DNA of 64,000 nt from Candidatus Bilamarchaeum sp. (GTDB lineage: Archaea > Micrarchaeota > Micrarchaeia > Anstonellales > Bilamarchaeaceae). A program made the position numbers and the translations under genes. Below the pieces are notes generated by a model. The model made no database searches and was not told the origin of the DNA. It saw only the letters and a list, made by a program, of their open reading frames with translations. The stretch covers positions 1,986 to 65,985 of the forward strand of contig DATIFM010000015.1 of assembly GCA_035455205.1 (NCBI GenBank), in the 5' to 3' direction. Shown one piece after another: positions 16,900 to 26,176 of the stretch (the stretch's first letter is position 1; each line of letters begins with the position of its first letter).

Positions 16900-17911
16900 A
16901 TGGAGGAGCAACGGGGCGCTCGTCGAGAACCCCAAGCTCGTTTTCAGGAGCGCCAAGGAGTCCGAGGCCGGCGCCCTCAAGGCCCTGTACGAGGACGCAT
17001 GGGGCTGCGGCATAACCATCGGCGAGGGCCAGCTTGTCGCCCAGATGCGCAATTTCCCCGAGGGCCAGATAGTCGGGTGCGAGGGCGGCGTCCCCGTGTC
17101 GATGATAAACATCATGCTCACGGATTTCGACTCATCTTCGGGGTTCACCGCGGGCTACGAAAGGGTCAGCGGAGGGAGGACTTTTTCCACTCACGTCCCG
17201 TTCGCCGAGCTCCTCGAGCGCGCGGACTGGGGCACGCATTTGCCTGTCGCGCTCTGCATGTCGATTGCGGTTTTGCGCTCGCACGCCAAGAACGGCTACG
17301 CGATAGAGACGCTCAACCATGCCATCACTTTCGCAGAGGAGAACGGGATTATCGCGGTCCCTTACAGCGCGCCGCGCGGCTTTGCGCAGGCGCTGGCCAG
17401 GAACCCGGGGCTTTCCCTCGAGACATACCTTCACATGACCGTGCCCGGAGCCGGATACGATGAACATGCGGCAAGGGTGGGGCGCCTCAACATGATGCCG
17501 AGGATAACGAGGGCGTTCGGGAACGGAACGGGAAGCAGCCTCATGCTCGCGCGCGATGCGCTCTACAACGAATACCAGGCGATGGGCCGCGACGGGCCGG
17601 ATACCGGGCAAAAGGACCTTGCATTCTCAAGATTCCTTGAAACGGACGGCTACAGCTTTTTCCGCGCTTATGGAAGGTATCCCCACGTGGAGGATTTCTG
17701 CCTCCTGACAGGGAGGAAGCTCCTCGACCCCGTGATGAGGATGCACGTGGAGAACGGAGCGAGGTTTATCCGGGATGCAAATGGCAGGATAACCGCGGCG
17801 TTCGGGAACTCGCGCCCCGAGGACACCGCGGCCGCAGGCTACAACGTCCTCCTCACTTACGGCTACCATCCCCTGCTCGGGCAGGGCTACGCGGATTTCC
17901 AGCGCACGTAG
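16900..17911 (+). CDS. GNAT-like N-terminal domain protein with an extended C-terminal domain; 5' end disrupted or ambiguous (+1 shift within about 12 nt of ATG 16900)
   Basis: The coding-like frame (high GC3: ...NGALVENPKLVFRSAKESEAGALKALYEDAWGCGITIGEGQLVAQMRNF...) is open from 16820. It has no ATG/GTG/TTG before 17045. The only nearby ATG (16900, downstream of the AT-rich box at 16827-16835) is one nt out of frame. Confidence 0.55.
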
Positions 17912-18075
17912 TCTTCCATGGAAAGGGATATCGGCAGGCCGTTGTACCCGCACCTGCAGTTTATCCTCTGGAGTATCGAGTCTGTCGCCCCGAGGTAGAA
18001 GCGGTTCATGAAGTCCTTGGCCTCCACCGGCCGCTTGCAGCGGGGACAGCACAGGACAGAGTTATCTTCGCTCAT
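17887..18075 (-). CDS. Zinc-ribbon protein translationally coupled to rbcL (paralog of 10951..11220)
   Basis: 62 aa: MSEDNSVLCCPRCKRPVEAKDF...INCRCGYNGLPISLSMEDYVRWKSA. Its ATG overlaps the rbcL TGA (ATGA at 18072-18075). Confidence 0.65.
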   Translation of the reverse strand: MSEDNSVLCCPRCKRPVEAKDFMNRFYLGATDSILQRINCRCGYNGLPISLSMEDYVRWKSA

Positions 18076-19370
18076 TCCGGCTTCATCCTGCCCCACTTGG
18101 AGAGGGCCTCCCGGAGCTCCACGGACGTTTTCGCTTTTTCCTCGAGCGTTTCCCCGTCCATGGTGGCTTCTATGGCCTGCATCGCGGCCTTCGCGCCTGC
18201 GCGCGTGCCTCTCGGGTGGCCGTGTATCCCGCCGCTCACGAGGAGCACGAGGTCGTTCCCGTATATTTTCATCACGTCCGGAACGAGTCCCGGGTGGAGC
18301 CCGCCCGAGGAAACCGGGAACGCGGACTTTATGTGGCCCCAGTCCTGGTCGAGGAGGACGTGCTTCACCGCGCGCGTCTTCTTTTGCCGAAGGACGTCCG
18401 CGCACGCCGTGACCTCCTGCCTCGAGCCGACGAGCTTGCCTACCGCCGTGCCGGTGTGTATCTGCGACACGCCTATGAGGCGCATCTGCTTTGCCAGGAA
18501 TTCCATGGACATGCCGTGCTTGGGGTTGCGGTCGAACATCGCGTGCATCGCGCGGTGCGCGTGTATCGCGAGCCCGAGGTCCGAGCAGTAGTCCCGCAGC
18601 GTCATCACTCCGGAAGTGCCGGTGACGACGACGTCTATCATCGCGTAGTTCCATCCGTAGTCGTGGAGCATGTCCGCGCGCTTCTTCATCTCGTCGGTCT
18701 CGGCCGTGATGTTGATGTAGGCAGACTTGCGCTCGCCGGTGAGCTTCTCGGCCTTGTCCCTGAGCTTGGTCAGCGCCTTGACGCGGTCGGCGAACCTGTT
18801 GAATGAGGTGGAAGAAAGGTTCTCGTCGTCCTTGACAAAATCGAAACCGCCCATCCACGTCTCGAAACCTATGTCCGCATGCTCCTGCGCGCTGAAGCCG
18901 ATTTTCGGCTTCGGCACCGCGCCCGTGAGGGGCCTCTTCGGGATTTTCATCATTTTCCGGATGCCTTCCATCCCGAAATGCGGTCCCTTGAAGTGCTTGA
19001 TGTAAGAGGCGGGCAAGGACGCGTCAATCAGCTTCAGGTTCTTCAGGGCCTTCATGCCGAAGATGTTCCCGGCTATCCCGGAAAGGAGCTGCGGCAGGTT
19101 GCCTTCCTCCCAGAGGCCGGCCGGGTACGCGACCTTTACGTAATTGCCCTCGACGTGGAATGCGGTCGCCTGCAGTTTCTTCATGCGCGGGGGGAGCTTG
19201 AACAGGGTAGTCCACGTGCCGGTCGAGCTTTCGGACGCCACGCGCCCGACCGCCTCCTTCACGCTTATCCCCGCATCCGGCTCGAAATAAAAAAGCACGA
19301 CGATGTCGTCTTTCGCCGGCTTGTACCCGTAATCCACGAACTCCGTATACCACTCAACTTTGGATGACAT
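18072..19370 (-). CDS. rbcL: Ribulose-1,5-bisphosphate carboxylase/oxygenase large subunit, form III (archaeal type)
   Basis: SESSTGTWTT, KPKIGFS, GGFDFVKDDENL (carbamyl-Lys loop), AIHAHRAMHA and SGGIHGHP. There is no small-subunit gene nearby. I prefer the start at MSSKVEWYTEF (19370) over the upstream 19409. Confidence 0.92.
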   Translation of the reverse strand: MSSKVEWYTEFVDYGYKPAKDDIVVLFYFEPDAGISVKEAVGRVASESSTGTWTTLFKLPPRMKKLQATAFHVEGNYVKVAYPAGLWEEGNLPQLLSGIAGNIFGMKALKNLKLIDASLPASYIKHFKGPHFGMEGIRKMMKIPKRPLTGAVPKPKIGFSAQEHADIGFETWMGGFDFVKDDENLSSTSFNRFADRVKALTKLRDKAEKLTGERKSAYINITAETDEMKKRADMLHDYGWNYAMIDVVVTGTSGVMTLRDYCSDLGLAIHAHRAMHAMFDRNPKHGMSMEFLAKQMRLIGVSQIHTGTAVGKLVGSRQEVTACADVLRQKKTRAVKHVLLDQDWGHIKSAFPVSSGGLHPGLVPDVMKIYGNDLVLLVSGGIHGHPRGTRAGAKAAMQAIEATMDGETLEEKAKTSVELREALSKWGRMKPE

Positions 19371-19467
19371 GCTCTCTGAAAAGCAGGCAACGAATTTAAT
19401 CCTGAGCAAGGGGCGCGGCGCAAGCGATTTAAACTATGGAAGAGATATTTTTACCCCCATTCGGATT

Positions 19468-19830
19468 TCAGCACGGGCCGAACCCGCGGCCGTAGCTTGT
19501 GAAAGAAACCCCAAGGCCCGCGTTCCACCTGCACACCGCGACGAGCTCCCCGTCCTTGGCGGTCGCAACGACCTTCATCGCCACCGTGACGCCCTTAATC
19601 GAGCTCAAATGCTCGGTGATGAGGAGGTCGCTCGAGGAGGAGATGATGGCGGCCATGCGGGGCTCGTTCCGGAGGTCGGAGAGGGTCGGGGTGCCGGTTA
19701 TCGTCTCTTCCTGGAGCGGCTGGCCGCGGAATGCGCGGCTTATTTCCGGATGGCACTCCCTCTGGAGGTAAGACTCGACGAGCGCGCGGAAACGGGGAGG
19801 GACGTGCGGGAACCTGCTTACCATGGGCAT
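19468..19830 (-). CDS. Hypothetical protein (tandem paralog B)
   Basis: 120 aa. The C-terminus ELVAVCRWNAGLGVSFTSYG parallels KVCAISRWTPGEGITFIITN of the upstream gene. 1-nt TGATG overlap. Confidence 0.6.
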   Translation of the reverse strand: MPMVSRFPHVPPRFRALVESYLQRECHPEISRAFRGQPLQEETITGTPTLSDLRNEPRMAAIISSSSDLLITEHLSSIKGVTVAMKVVATAKDGELVAVCRWNAGLGVSFTSYGRGFGPC

Positions 19831-20183
19831 CAGTTGGTTATGATGAAGGTAATGCCCTCACCCGGCGTCCATCTGGAGATGGCGCACACCTTGCGGGACT
19901 GGTCGACGAGGACCACGTCCTTGCTTATTATGTTGTCGCGCTCGGCCCGGATTTCCAATTGGAAGCTGAACGTCCTCCCTGCGACGAACTGCGCCTCGAT
20001 GAACTCGCGGAGCTTCGGGTGCTTCTTTAGTTCGTCAAATGGCGGCGCCCTCGACGCTTCGCTGAAAAGGGGCTCGTAGTTCGGGAAAGCCGAGCGGAAT
20101 TCGGCCTGGAGCTTCGCGTCGTCGGCGAGCTTTATCTGCGTGACGCCGTTGAGCTTTTTGACCTTGAATTGCGCTACGGGCAT
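19830..20183 (-). CDS. Hypothetical protein (tandem paralog A)
   Basis: 117 aa. See the paralog at 19468..19830. No family recognised. Confidence 0.6.
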   Translation of the reverse strand: MPVAQFKVKKLNGVTQIKLADDAKLQAEFRSAFPNYEPLFSEASRAPPFDELKKHPKLREFIEAQFVAGRTFSFQLEIRAERDNIISKDVVLVDQSRKVCAISRWTPGEGITFIITN

Positions 20184-20243
20184 GACCAGATATTGTTGTA
20201 AAACATTTTAAAATGTGTTGAAAAGTGAGGCTTCCGGCAAAAA

Positions 20244-20522
20244 TCAGTTGAGTAGGCCCCGCTTGGCGAGGAAAACCCTAATGGTGAATGTCGGCAGGAA
20301 GTCCGGCACGAAGGGGAGGAGGAGCTCGGCCGCGCCGCTCAGGAGGGCTATCGACACGTTCTCATAGATTGCGAGGGCGAGGACGGTCTGGACGACGTCT
20401 ATGGCCTCCCCGACCACGGGGAGGAATCCGAGGATGTCCATCGCGTCGAGGATAAGGGAATACGCATAGGGGTGCGGAAAGCGGTCGAACGGCGCCCTGA
20501 GCTTCACTTCCTTGTCGGCCAT
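20244..20522 (-). CDS. Small membrane protein
   Basis: 92 aa with two hydrophobic helices: ILGFLPVVGEAIDVVQTVLALAIY and IALLSGAAELLLPFVPDFL. Confidence 0.55.
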   Translation of the reverse strand: MADKEVKLRAPFDRFPHPYAYSLILDAMDILGFLPVVGEAIDVVQTVLALAIYENVSIALLSGAAELLLPFVPDFLPTFTIRVFLAKRGLLN

Positions 20523-20609
20523 GCATCAGCCTCCGCGGGCGCGGTATTAATCCTTATCGACTGCGGGGCTGGGATAGGCTTATTAACTTTTGCATGGCCG
20601 ATTATTACC

Positions 20610-21989
20610 ATGAAGTCACTAAAAGAGCTGTTTTCATCAGCCATGTCCGAGCTCATACTTGACGAGAAAAAAGAGGAGCCCGTGCAGGCCAAGGAAGAGC
20701 AGATACAGAAATTCCAGACAATAAGCGAGCAGAAGATGGACGGAAACTCGCTTTCCGATTTCGACCGGATACTCGAGATGCTCGAGAGCGAGAACACCGC
20801 CTCGAGGAACAAGGGCATCCGCTCCCTCGAGAACCTGTCCGAGGACAACAGGCTCCTTTGCATCGCGATTTTCTCGCGGAACGCCGAAGCCAGGATGGCC
20901 GCGCTCGACCGGATTTCCAAGAACCCCGAGCTCCTCAGCACCGTTTACAGCGAATCCAAGTTCAGGGACACGTCCGAGGCGGCGATGCAGAAGCTCGTGG
21001 CCATGATGGAGCGGCTCAAGAGCCAGCGCGCGCTCGCGCTCATCGCGGGCAACCACCCCGACAGGGACAAGAGGATGAGGGCGCTGCGCCAGATAAAGGA
21101 GGCCAACGCCCTTCTCGAAGTCGCGTACAACTCGCGGTTCGAGGACGGCCGGTGGGAGGCGATAGGCAGCCTGAAGGACCTGAAGATTGACATCGGGCAG
21201 GACGACCTCCGGCACGACGACACGCTCATGAGCCTCGCGGACCAGCTCGTCAAGAGCTCCACGAGCGAGGAGGAGATTATCGAGGACATGGGAATCATCC
21301 TCGAGAACGTGAAATACCTCCAGGGGATGAAGAAGGGCGACGAGTTCGGCGGGATTGTCGCGGACAACCTGTCGGCATACCGCAGGATTCTGCGCGGGAT
21401 AGCTACATCATCGAAGCACCCGCAGGCCCGCGCCCTCGCGATAAAGGGCATGTCCTCGGATACTGACATGCTCGCCGAGATAGCCCAGCACTCTGAATAC
21501 GAGGACAGCGCCCAGCTCGCGGTGGAGATGATTGCCTCCGGGATAGGCCAGGCGGACCCGCAGGCTCTCGCGCTCGTGGCGTCCATGTCATCGGACGGCG
21601 AGAAGCGCTCCAAGGCCATTACGCGGCTGAAGGACGAGCAGATGCTCAAGCACGTCTGCAAGTTCTCGAGGTACGAGGACAGCAGGATGGCTGCCGCGCA
21701 CAAGCTCGCGGCCATAGTCGAGAAAATAGACGACCCGGAGTCGCTCAGGCTCGTGCTCACTTATGCAAAGGAATCCAAGAACAGGGCCCTTGCAGAAAGG
21801 AGAATCGACGAAATCACGAACAAGGCCCCGAAGGAGCTTCCCAAGATTGAAATCACGGCAAGGAGCGAGCCCGCGAAGGTAATGGAAGTCCCCGAGAAGG
21901 CACCGGAGCCGGCGCAGGAAAGGAAGAGCGAGCCCCAGCCCGCAGGAGGCGGCCTCCTCGCGATGCTAAAGGAGCTCATAGGTATCTAG
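20610..21989 (+). CDS. HEAT/PBS-lyase-like repeat protein
   Basis: The start is at MKSLKELF. There is a recurrent unit of about 35 aa with S(K/R/E)(F/Y)(R/E)D...A...L and ...R..A...(L/I). Examples are SKFRDTSEAAMQKL, SRFEDGRWEAIGSL, SEYEDSAQLAVEMI and SRYEDSRMAAAHKL. Confidence 0.7.
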   Translation: MKSLKELFSSAMSELILDEKKEEPVQAKEEQIQKFQTISEQKMDGNSLSDFDRILEMLESENTASRNKGIRSLENLSEDNRLLCIAIFSRNAEARMAALDRISKNPELLSTVYSESKFRDTSEAAMQKLVAMMERLKSQRALALIAGNHPDRDKRMRALRQIKEANALLEVAYNSRFEDGRWEAIGSLKDLKIDIGQDDLRHDDTLMSLADQLVKSSTSEEEIIEDMGIILENVKYLQGMKKGDEFGGIVADNLSAYRRILRGIATSSKHPQARALAIKGMSSDTDMLAEIAQHSEYEDSAQLAVEMIASGIGQADPQALALVASMSSDGEKRSKAITRLKDEQMLKHVCKFSRYEDSRMAAAHKLAAIVEKIDDPESLRLVLTYAKESKNRALAERRIDEITNKAPKELPKIEITARSEPAKVMEVPEKAPEPAQERKSEPQPAGGGLLAMLKELIGI

Positions 21990-22394
21990 ATGTTCCTTGC
22001 AAGGCAGGCCTCGGCGAGGGCCATCGGTCACAAATTCGCGGGCGGGGAGCCCATGTCCGAGGACATACGGCTCGCGGCATTTTCAGAGTCCCATGACGAG
22101 CGGATTTCGGCGGTAGGGAGGCTGAGGGGCAATCTCGAGGCCCTGATGAGCGTCCTCGTGAAAAGCGCGCACGGCGACTCGGCGAGGGAGGCTCAGAGGA
22201 TATACGGCGAATCCCTGGACGAGAAAAACCTCGCCATCGTGAACAAATGCGCCGCATTGTACGCGCCCGAAGAATCGGTGCGCGAAGCCGCCGTCCTTGC
22301 CCTGAAGAACCATCCGGACGAGCTCCGGGAAGTGTCCCTGGATTCCCGCTACCCCGGGACGCGCGCGATGGCACGCTCCATGCTCGCTATTTGA
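21990..22394 (+). CDS. HEAT-like repeat protein (continuation of the same repeat family)
   Basis: It abuts the previous stop and contains SVREAAVLALKNHPDELREVSLDSRYPGTRAMARSML, the same repeat signature. Confidence 0.6.
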   Translation: MFLARQASARAIGHKFAGGEPMSEDIRLAAFSESHDERISAVGRLRGNLEALMSVLVKSAHGDSAREAQRIYGESLDEKNLAIVNKCAALYAPEESVREAAVLALKNHPDELREVSLDSRYPGTRAMARSMLAI

Positions 22395-22752
22395 GCGCCT
22401 GCCTCAGCGCATCGAGCGGGAGGAGAGCGCACTTCATGCGCGAGGGGTTCTTTTCGAGGTTTATCCTGATGAGCTTCAGGACGTCCTCCTTTTCTATTTG
22501 GGAAAGCTCCGCCAGGGTTTTGCCCCGGAGGAAGCCGGTGAAAAGCGATGCGCTCGCCTGGCTTATCGCGCAGCCTTTTCCTGTGAATTTCGCCTCGGCG
22601 ACCCGGCCGTCCTTCACCCTGATGAAAAGCTCTATCATGTCGCCGCAGGTCGAGTTGTAGATTTGCGCCTTGTAGTCGGCTCCTTCCAGCCTGCCGAAAT
22701 TCAGCGGGTTCTTGTAAAGCTCGATTATGAATTCCTGGTAAAGCTCCTCCAA
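22387..22752 (-). CDS. sufU: SufU-type Fe-S cluster assembly sulfur-transfer/scaffold protein
   Basis: NSTCGDMIEL, GKGCAISQASASLF and SRMKCALLPLDAL, which give the three Cys plus Asp ligand pattern of SufU/IscU-like proteins. Confidence 0.85.
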   Translation of the reverse strand: MEELYQEFIIELYKNPLNFGRLEGADYKAQIYNSTCGDMIELFIRVKDGRVAEAKFTGKGCAISQASASLFTGFLRGKTLAELSQIEKEDVLKLIRINLEKNPSRMKCALLPLDALRQALK

Positions 22753-22756
22753 TCCC

Positions 22757-23962
22757 TCACCCGAAAACTTTCTTCGCCTTCTTCAGCGATTCGGCAAGCG
22801 CGTCGATTTCATCCTTCCTGTTGTATAGGTAGACGCTCGCGCGCGTGCTCGCCGCTATCCCGAGCTCCTCATGTATCGGCATCGCGCAGTGGTGGCCCGA
22901 GCGCACGCATATGTTGTCCTCGGCGAGCATCGCCGCCACGTCGTGCGGATGGATGCCTTCAAGAGCGAATGCGACGAGCGCGGCGCGCCCTTTCGCGGTT
23001 TTCGGGCCGATTATATCGAGGCCGGGTATCTCCTGAAGGCGCCTGAGCATATGGCCAACCAAAAGATCCTCGTGCGCGCGTATGTCTTCCATTCCGACCC
23101 GGTTCAGGTAGTCTATCGCCGCGCCGAGCCCGATAATCGCGTCGACGGCAGGCGTTCCGGCCTCGAACTTGTTCGGCAGGCCGCTCAACTCGGTCTTTTC
23201 GACCGAGACCGAGCGAATCATCTCGCTCCCGTAGAGCAGGGGGTCCATCCTCTCGAGCAGCTCCTCACGCCCGTAGAGCACGCCCGAGCCGAAAGGCGCG
23301 AGCATCTTGTGGCCTGAAAATGCCAGGAAGTCGCAGCCGAATTTGCGGACGTCCGTGGGGTTTGAAGGGACGAACTGCGCCCCGTCAACAAAGCTTATCG
23401 CGCCGTTATCCGATGCGAGCGAGCAGAGCTTTTCCGTTTCCGCGATTGCGCCGGTGACGTTGGATGCCGCCGAGAATGCGAAGAGGCCCGCCCCTTTGAG
23501 CTTCTTTTCCGCGTCAGCGAGGTCTATCCTGCCCTCCCCGTCCACGCCGACGACTTCGAAGCGGCATTTTTTGCGCCGCGCAAGCTCCTGCCATGGGACG
23601 AAGTTGCTGTGGTGCTCGGAAAGGGTAGCCACGACCTTGCCGCCTTTCTTCAGGAACTTCTCGCCCCAGCCGCGCATCACAACGTTCGAGCCCTCGGTGG
23701 TGTTCTTGGTGAATATGACCTGATTCGCGCCTTCGGCGCGGATGAACTTTGCGGCTTTCTCGCGCACTCCCTCGTATTCTAGCGTGGCCGCCTCTGCAAT
23801 CGGGTAAAGCCCCCGGTAGACGTTGGCGTTGAACGTTTTGTAGAAGTTGCTTACGGCGTCGATTACCTGCCGCGGCCGCTGGGACGTCGCCGCGGAGTCA
23901 AGATAGATGAGCTTGCCGTCCAGGATTGGGAAATCCCTCCGTATGGCATCCACATCAAGCAT
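22757..23962 (-). CDS. sufS: Cysteine desulfurase, SufS type (class V aminotransferase)
   Basis: 401 aa. IYLDSAATSQRP, DFLAFSGHKMLAPFGSGVLYG (PLP Lys) and RSGHHCAMP (catalytic Cys loop). Confidence 0.93.
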   Translation of the reverse strand: MLDVDAIRRDFPILDGKLIYLDSAATSQRPRQVIDAVSNFYKTFNANVYRGLYPIAEAATLEYEGVREKAAKFIRAEGANQVIFTKNTTEGSNVVMRGWGEKFLKKGGKVVATLSEHHSNFVPWQELARRKKCRFEVVGVDGEGRIDLADAEKKLKGAGLFAFSAASNVTGAIAETEKLCSLASDNGAISFVDGAQFVPSNPTDVRKFGCDFLAFSGHKMLAPFGSGVLYGREELLERMDPLLYGSEMIRSVSVEKTELSGLPNKFEAGTPAVDAIIGLGAAIDYLNRVGMEDIRAHEDLLVGHMLRRLQEIPGLDIIGPKTAKGRAALVAFALEGIHPHDVAAMLAEDNICVRSGHHCAMPIHEELGIAASTRASVYLYNRKDEIDALAESLKKAKKVFG

Positions 23963-24701
23963 GTTTACCCTTCAGGTAGGACGAATACCCGTGCTCCTCG
24001 ATTTCGTGCGCGAGTTTCTCTCCCCCGGAAAGCACGATTTTCCCGTGGGCAAGGACATGCACGAAGTCAGGCTTTATGTACTTGAGTATCCGCGGGTAAT
24101 GGGTGATTATGAGGAAGCTCCTCTTGCCGTCATTGAGCTTGGATATCGCCCCGGAGATGAGCTTGATGCCGTCGACGTCGAGGCCGGAGTCGACCTCGTC
24201 CAGGACTATGACTTTGGGCTTGAGCGCGAGCATCTGGAGGACTTCGAGCCGCTTCTTCTCCCCGCCCGAGAACCCCACGTTCAGCTCCCGCGATATGAAC
24301 GCCTTGTCCATGCCGAGCGACTCTGCGATGGCTATCAGCTCCTCGTGGGCCTTCACGAGGGCGTCGAGGTCCTGCTCCGCGCCGGTTTTCGCGGCGATTG
24401 CCTTTCGGACGAAATTGCTGACCTTGACCCCTTCGACCTCCTCGGGGGACTGGAACGCGAGGAAGAGGCCCGCCTTCGCCCGCACATCGGGCGGCGCGCC
24501 GGAAATTTCCGTCTCGTCGAGCTTGATGCTCCCCTCGACCTTGAGGGAAGGGTGGCCCATCAGAGCCTCGGCGAGCGAGCTCTTGCCCGCGCCGTTCGGG
24601 CCCATGACGGCGTGAATCTCGCCCGGCTTCAACGTCAGGTCGAGGCCTGTGATTATCTCCTTGTCGCCGGCTGACACTCTGAGGTCCTTGATAACGAACA
24701 T
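23955..24701 (-). CDS. sufC: Fe-S cluster assembly ATPase SufC
   Basis: Walker A GPNGAGKSSL, ABC signature GFSGGEKKRLE, Walker B VIVLDEVDSGLD and ITHYPRIL. Confidence 0.95.
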   Translation of the reverse strand: MFVIKDLRVSAGDKEIITGLDLTLKPGEIHAVMGPNGAGKSSLAEALMGHPSLKVEGSIKLDETEISGAPPDVRAKAGLFLAFQSPEEVEGVKVSNFVRKAIAAKTGAEQDLDALVKAHEELIAIAESLGMDKAFISRELNVGFSGGEKKRLEVLQMLALKPKVIVLDEVDSGLDVDGIKLISGAISKLNDGKRSFLIITHYPRILKYIKPDFVHVLAHGKIVLSGGEKLAHEIEEHGYSSYLKGKHA

Positions 24702-24708
24702 AAATGCA

Positions 24709-24737
24709 CCTAAGTAGGGTTGTCGAATAGACTTAGG
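24709..24737. promoter_or_regulatory. Inverted repeat CCTAAGT-N15-ACTTAGG in the sufC/sufB divergent intergenic region (candidate operator)
   Basis: A perfect 7-bp inverted repeat seen directly. It lies between the AT-rich box (24743-24760) and the sufC SD/ATG. Confidence 0.3.
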
Positions 24738-24742
24738 GCTAC

Positions 24743-24760
24743 CTAAATATTTAAATATAT
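24743..24760. promoter_or_regulatory. AT-rich TATA-like box shared by the divergent sufC and sufB promoters
   Basis: CTAAATATTTAAATATAT lies about 25-30 nt before sufB ATG 24782, which implies a leaderless or short leader. It is the only AT-rich block in the 80-bp intergenic region. Confidence 0.45.
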
Positions 24761-24781
24761 CTCAGCGGATATTGGCCTGTT

Positions 24782-26176
24782 ATGAGCGGGCAGATTAACT
24801 TCAGCTACCAGAAGTACGACTTCAAGGACGACATCCGCTACAAGCACCTCACCGAGAAGGGCCTGAGCGAGCAGACAGTCCGCACGATTTCCGAGATAAA
24901 GAACGAGCCGGAGTGGATGACCGAAATCCGGCTGAACGCGCTCAAGGTTTTCAGGGAAAAGGCGATGCCCCGCTGGGGCGCGGACCTGAAGGAAATCAAT
25001 TTCGACGACATACACTACTACGCGAGCCCCACCGACGGCAAGACGGACGCGTGGGACATGGTCCCGGAGGACATCAAGAAGGCCTTCGACAGGATAGGGA
25101 TTCCGGAGGCCGAGAGGAAGTTCCTCGGCGGCGCGAGCGCGCAGTACGACTCGGAAGTCGTGTACCACAACCTCAAGAAGGAGTGGGAGGACCAGGGCGT
25201 CATTTTCCTCGACATGGACAGCGGGCTGCGCCAGTACCCGGAAATAGTGAGGAAGCACTTCGGGAGCATCATACCGACGACGGACAACAAGTTCGCCGCG
25301 CTAAACACGGCAGTGTGGTCCGGGGGGAGCTTCGTCTATGTCCCGGCCGGGGTGAAGGTGAAGATTCCGCTCCAGGCGTATTTCAGGATAAACACCAAGA
25401 ACGCGGGCCAGTTCGAGCGCACGCTCATAATCGCCGAGGAAGGGGCGTCCGTGCATTACATCGAGGGCTGCAGCGCGCCGATATATTCCGCGGGAGCGCT
25501 CCACTCGGCCGTGGTCGAAGTCATCGCGAAGAAGAACGCCTACGTGAGATACACGACGATCCAGAACTGGTCCAACAACGTCTACAACCTGGTCACCAAG
25601 CGCGCGGTGGCGCACGAGAACTCGGTCGTCGAGTGGCTGGACGGGAACATCGGCTCGAAGATAACGATGAAATACCCGTGCATAATCCTCAAGGGCAGGG
25701 GGGCGCGGGGCGAAGTGCTATCGGTTGCATTCGCCGGCAAGGGCCAGAGCCAGGACGCGGGCGCAAAGATAATCCACCAGGCCCCGAACACCACGTCGAG
25801 GATAATCTCGAAGAGCATCTCGCAGGGCGGGGGGCGCGCTTCATACCGCGGCCTCCTGAAGGTGCTGAAGGGGGCGAAGAACTGCAAGGCTTTCGTCCAG
25901 TGCGACGCGTATCTCCTTGACGACAAGTCGCGCTCCGACACCTACCCGGCGATACAGATTGACGAGGACACGACCACGATAGGCCACGAGGCCAAGGTGG
26001 GCAAGATTGCCGACGACAAGCTGTTCTACCTCATGAGCCGCGGGATTCCGGAAAAGGACGCGCTCGCGATGATAGTGCTGGGGTTCATAGAGTCGTTCAC
26101 GCGCGAGCTTCCCATGGAGTATGCGGTCGAGCTGAACAGGCTTATCGAGATGCAGCTCGAAGGCGCAGTCGGCTAA
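24782..26176 (+). CDS. sufB: Fe-S cluster assembly protein SufB
   Basis: 464 aa. The typical SufB C-terminal half is [23 protein letters not shown]...[17 protein letters not shown]...[22 protein letters not shown]. Confidence 0.95.
   Translation: MSGQINFSYQKYDFKDDIRYKHLTEKGLSEQTVRTISEIKNEPEWMTEIRLNALKVFREKAMPRWGADLKEINFDDIHYYASPTDGKTDAWDMVPEDIKKAFDRIGIPEAERKFLGGASAQYDSEVVYHNLKKEWEDQGVIFLDMDSGLRQYPEIVRKHFGSIIPTTDNKFAALNTAVWSGGSFVYVPAGVKVKIPLQAYFRINTKNAGQFERTLIIAEEGASVHYIEGCSAPIYSAGALHSAVVEVIAKKNAYVRYTTIQNWSNNVYNLVTKRAVAHENSVVEWLDGNIGSKITMKYPCIILKGRGARGEVLSVAFAGKGQSQDAGAKIIHQAPNTTSRIISKSISQGGGRASYRGLLKVLKGAKNCKAFVQCDAYLLDDKSRSDTYPAIQIDEDTTTIGHEAKVGKIADDKLFYLMSRGIPEKDALAMIVLGFIESFTRELPMEYAVELNRLIEMQLEGAVG

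Noticed and set aside
17887-18858. A 323-aa Arg-rich minus-strand ORF overlapping rbcL in another frame.
   Set aside because: Only its last 62 aa (the zinc ribbon, after the rbcL stop) look real. The rest overlaps rbcL and is Arg/Gly/Pro/His junk.
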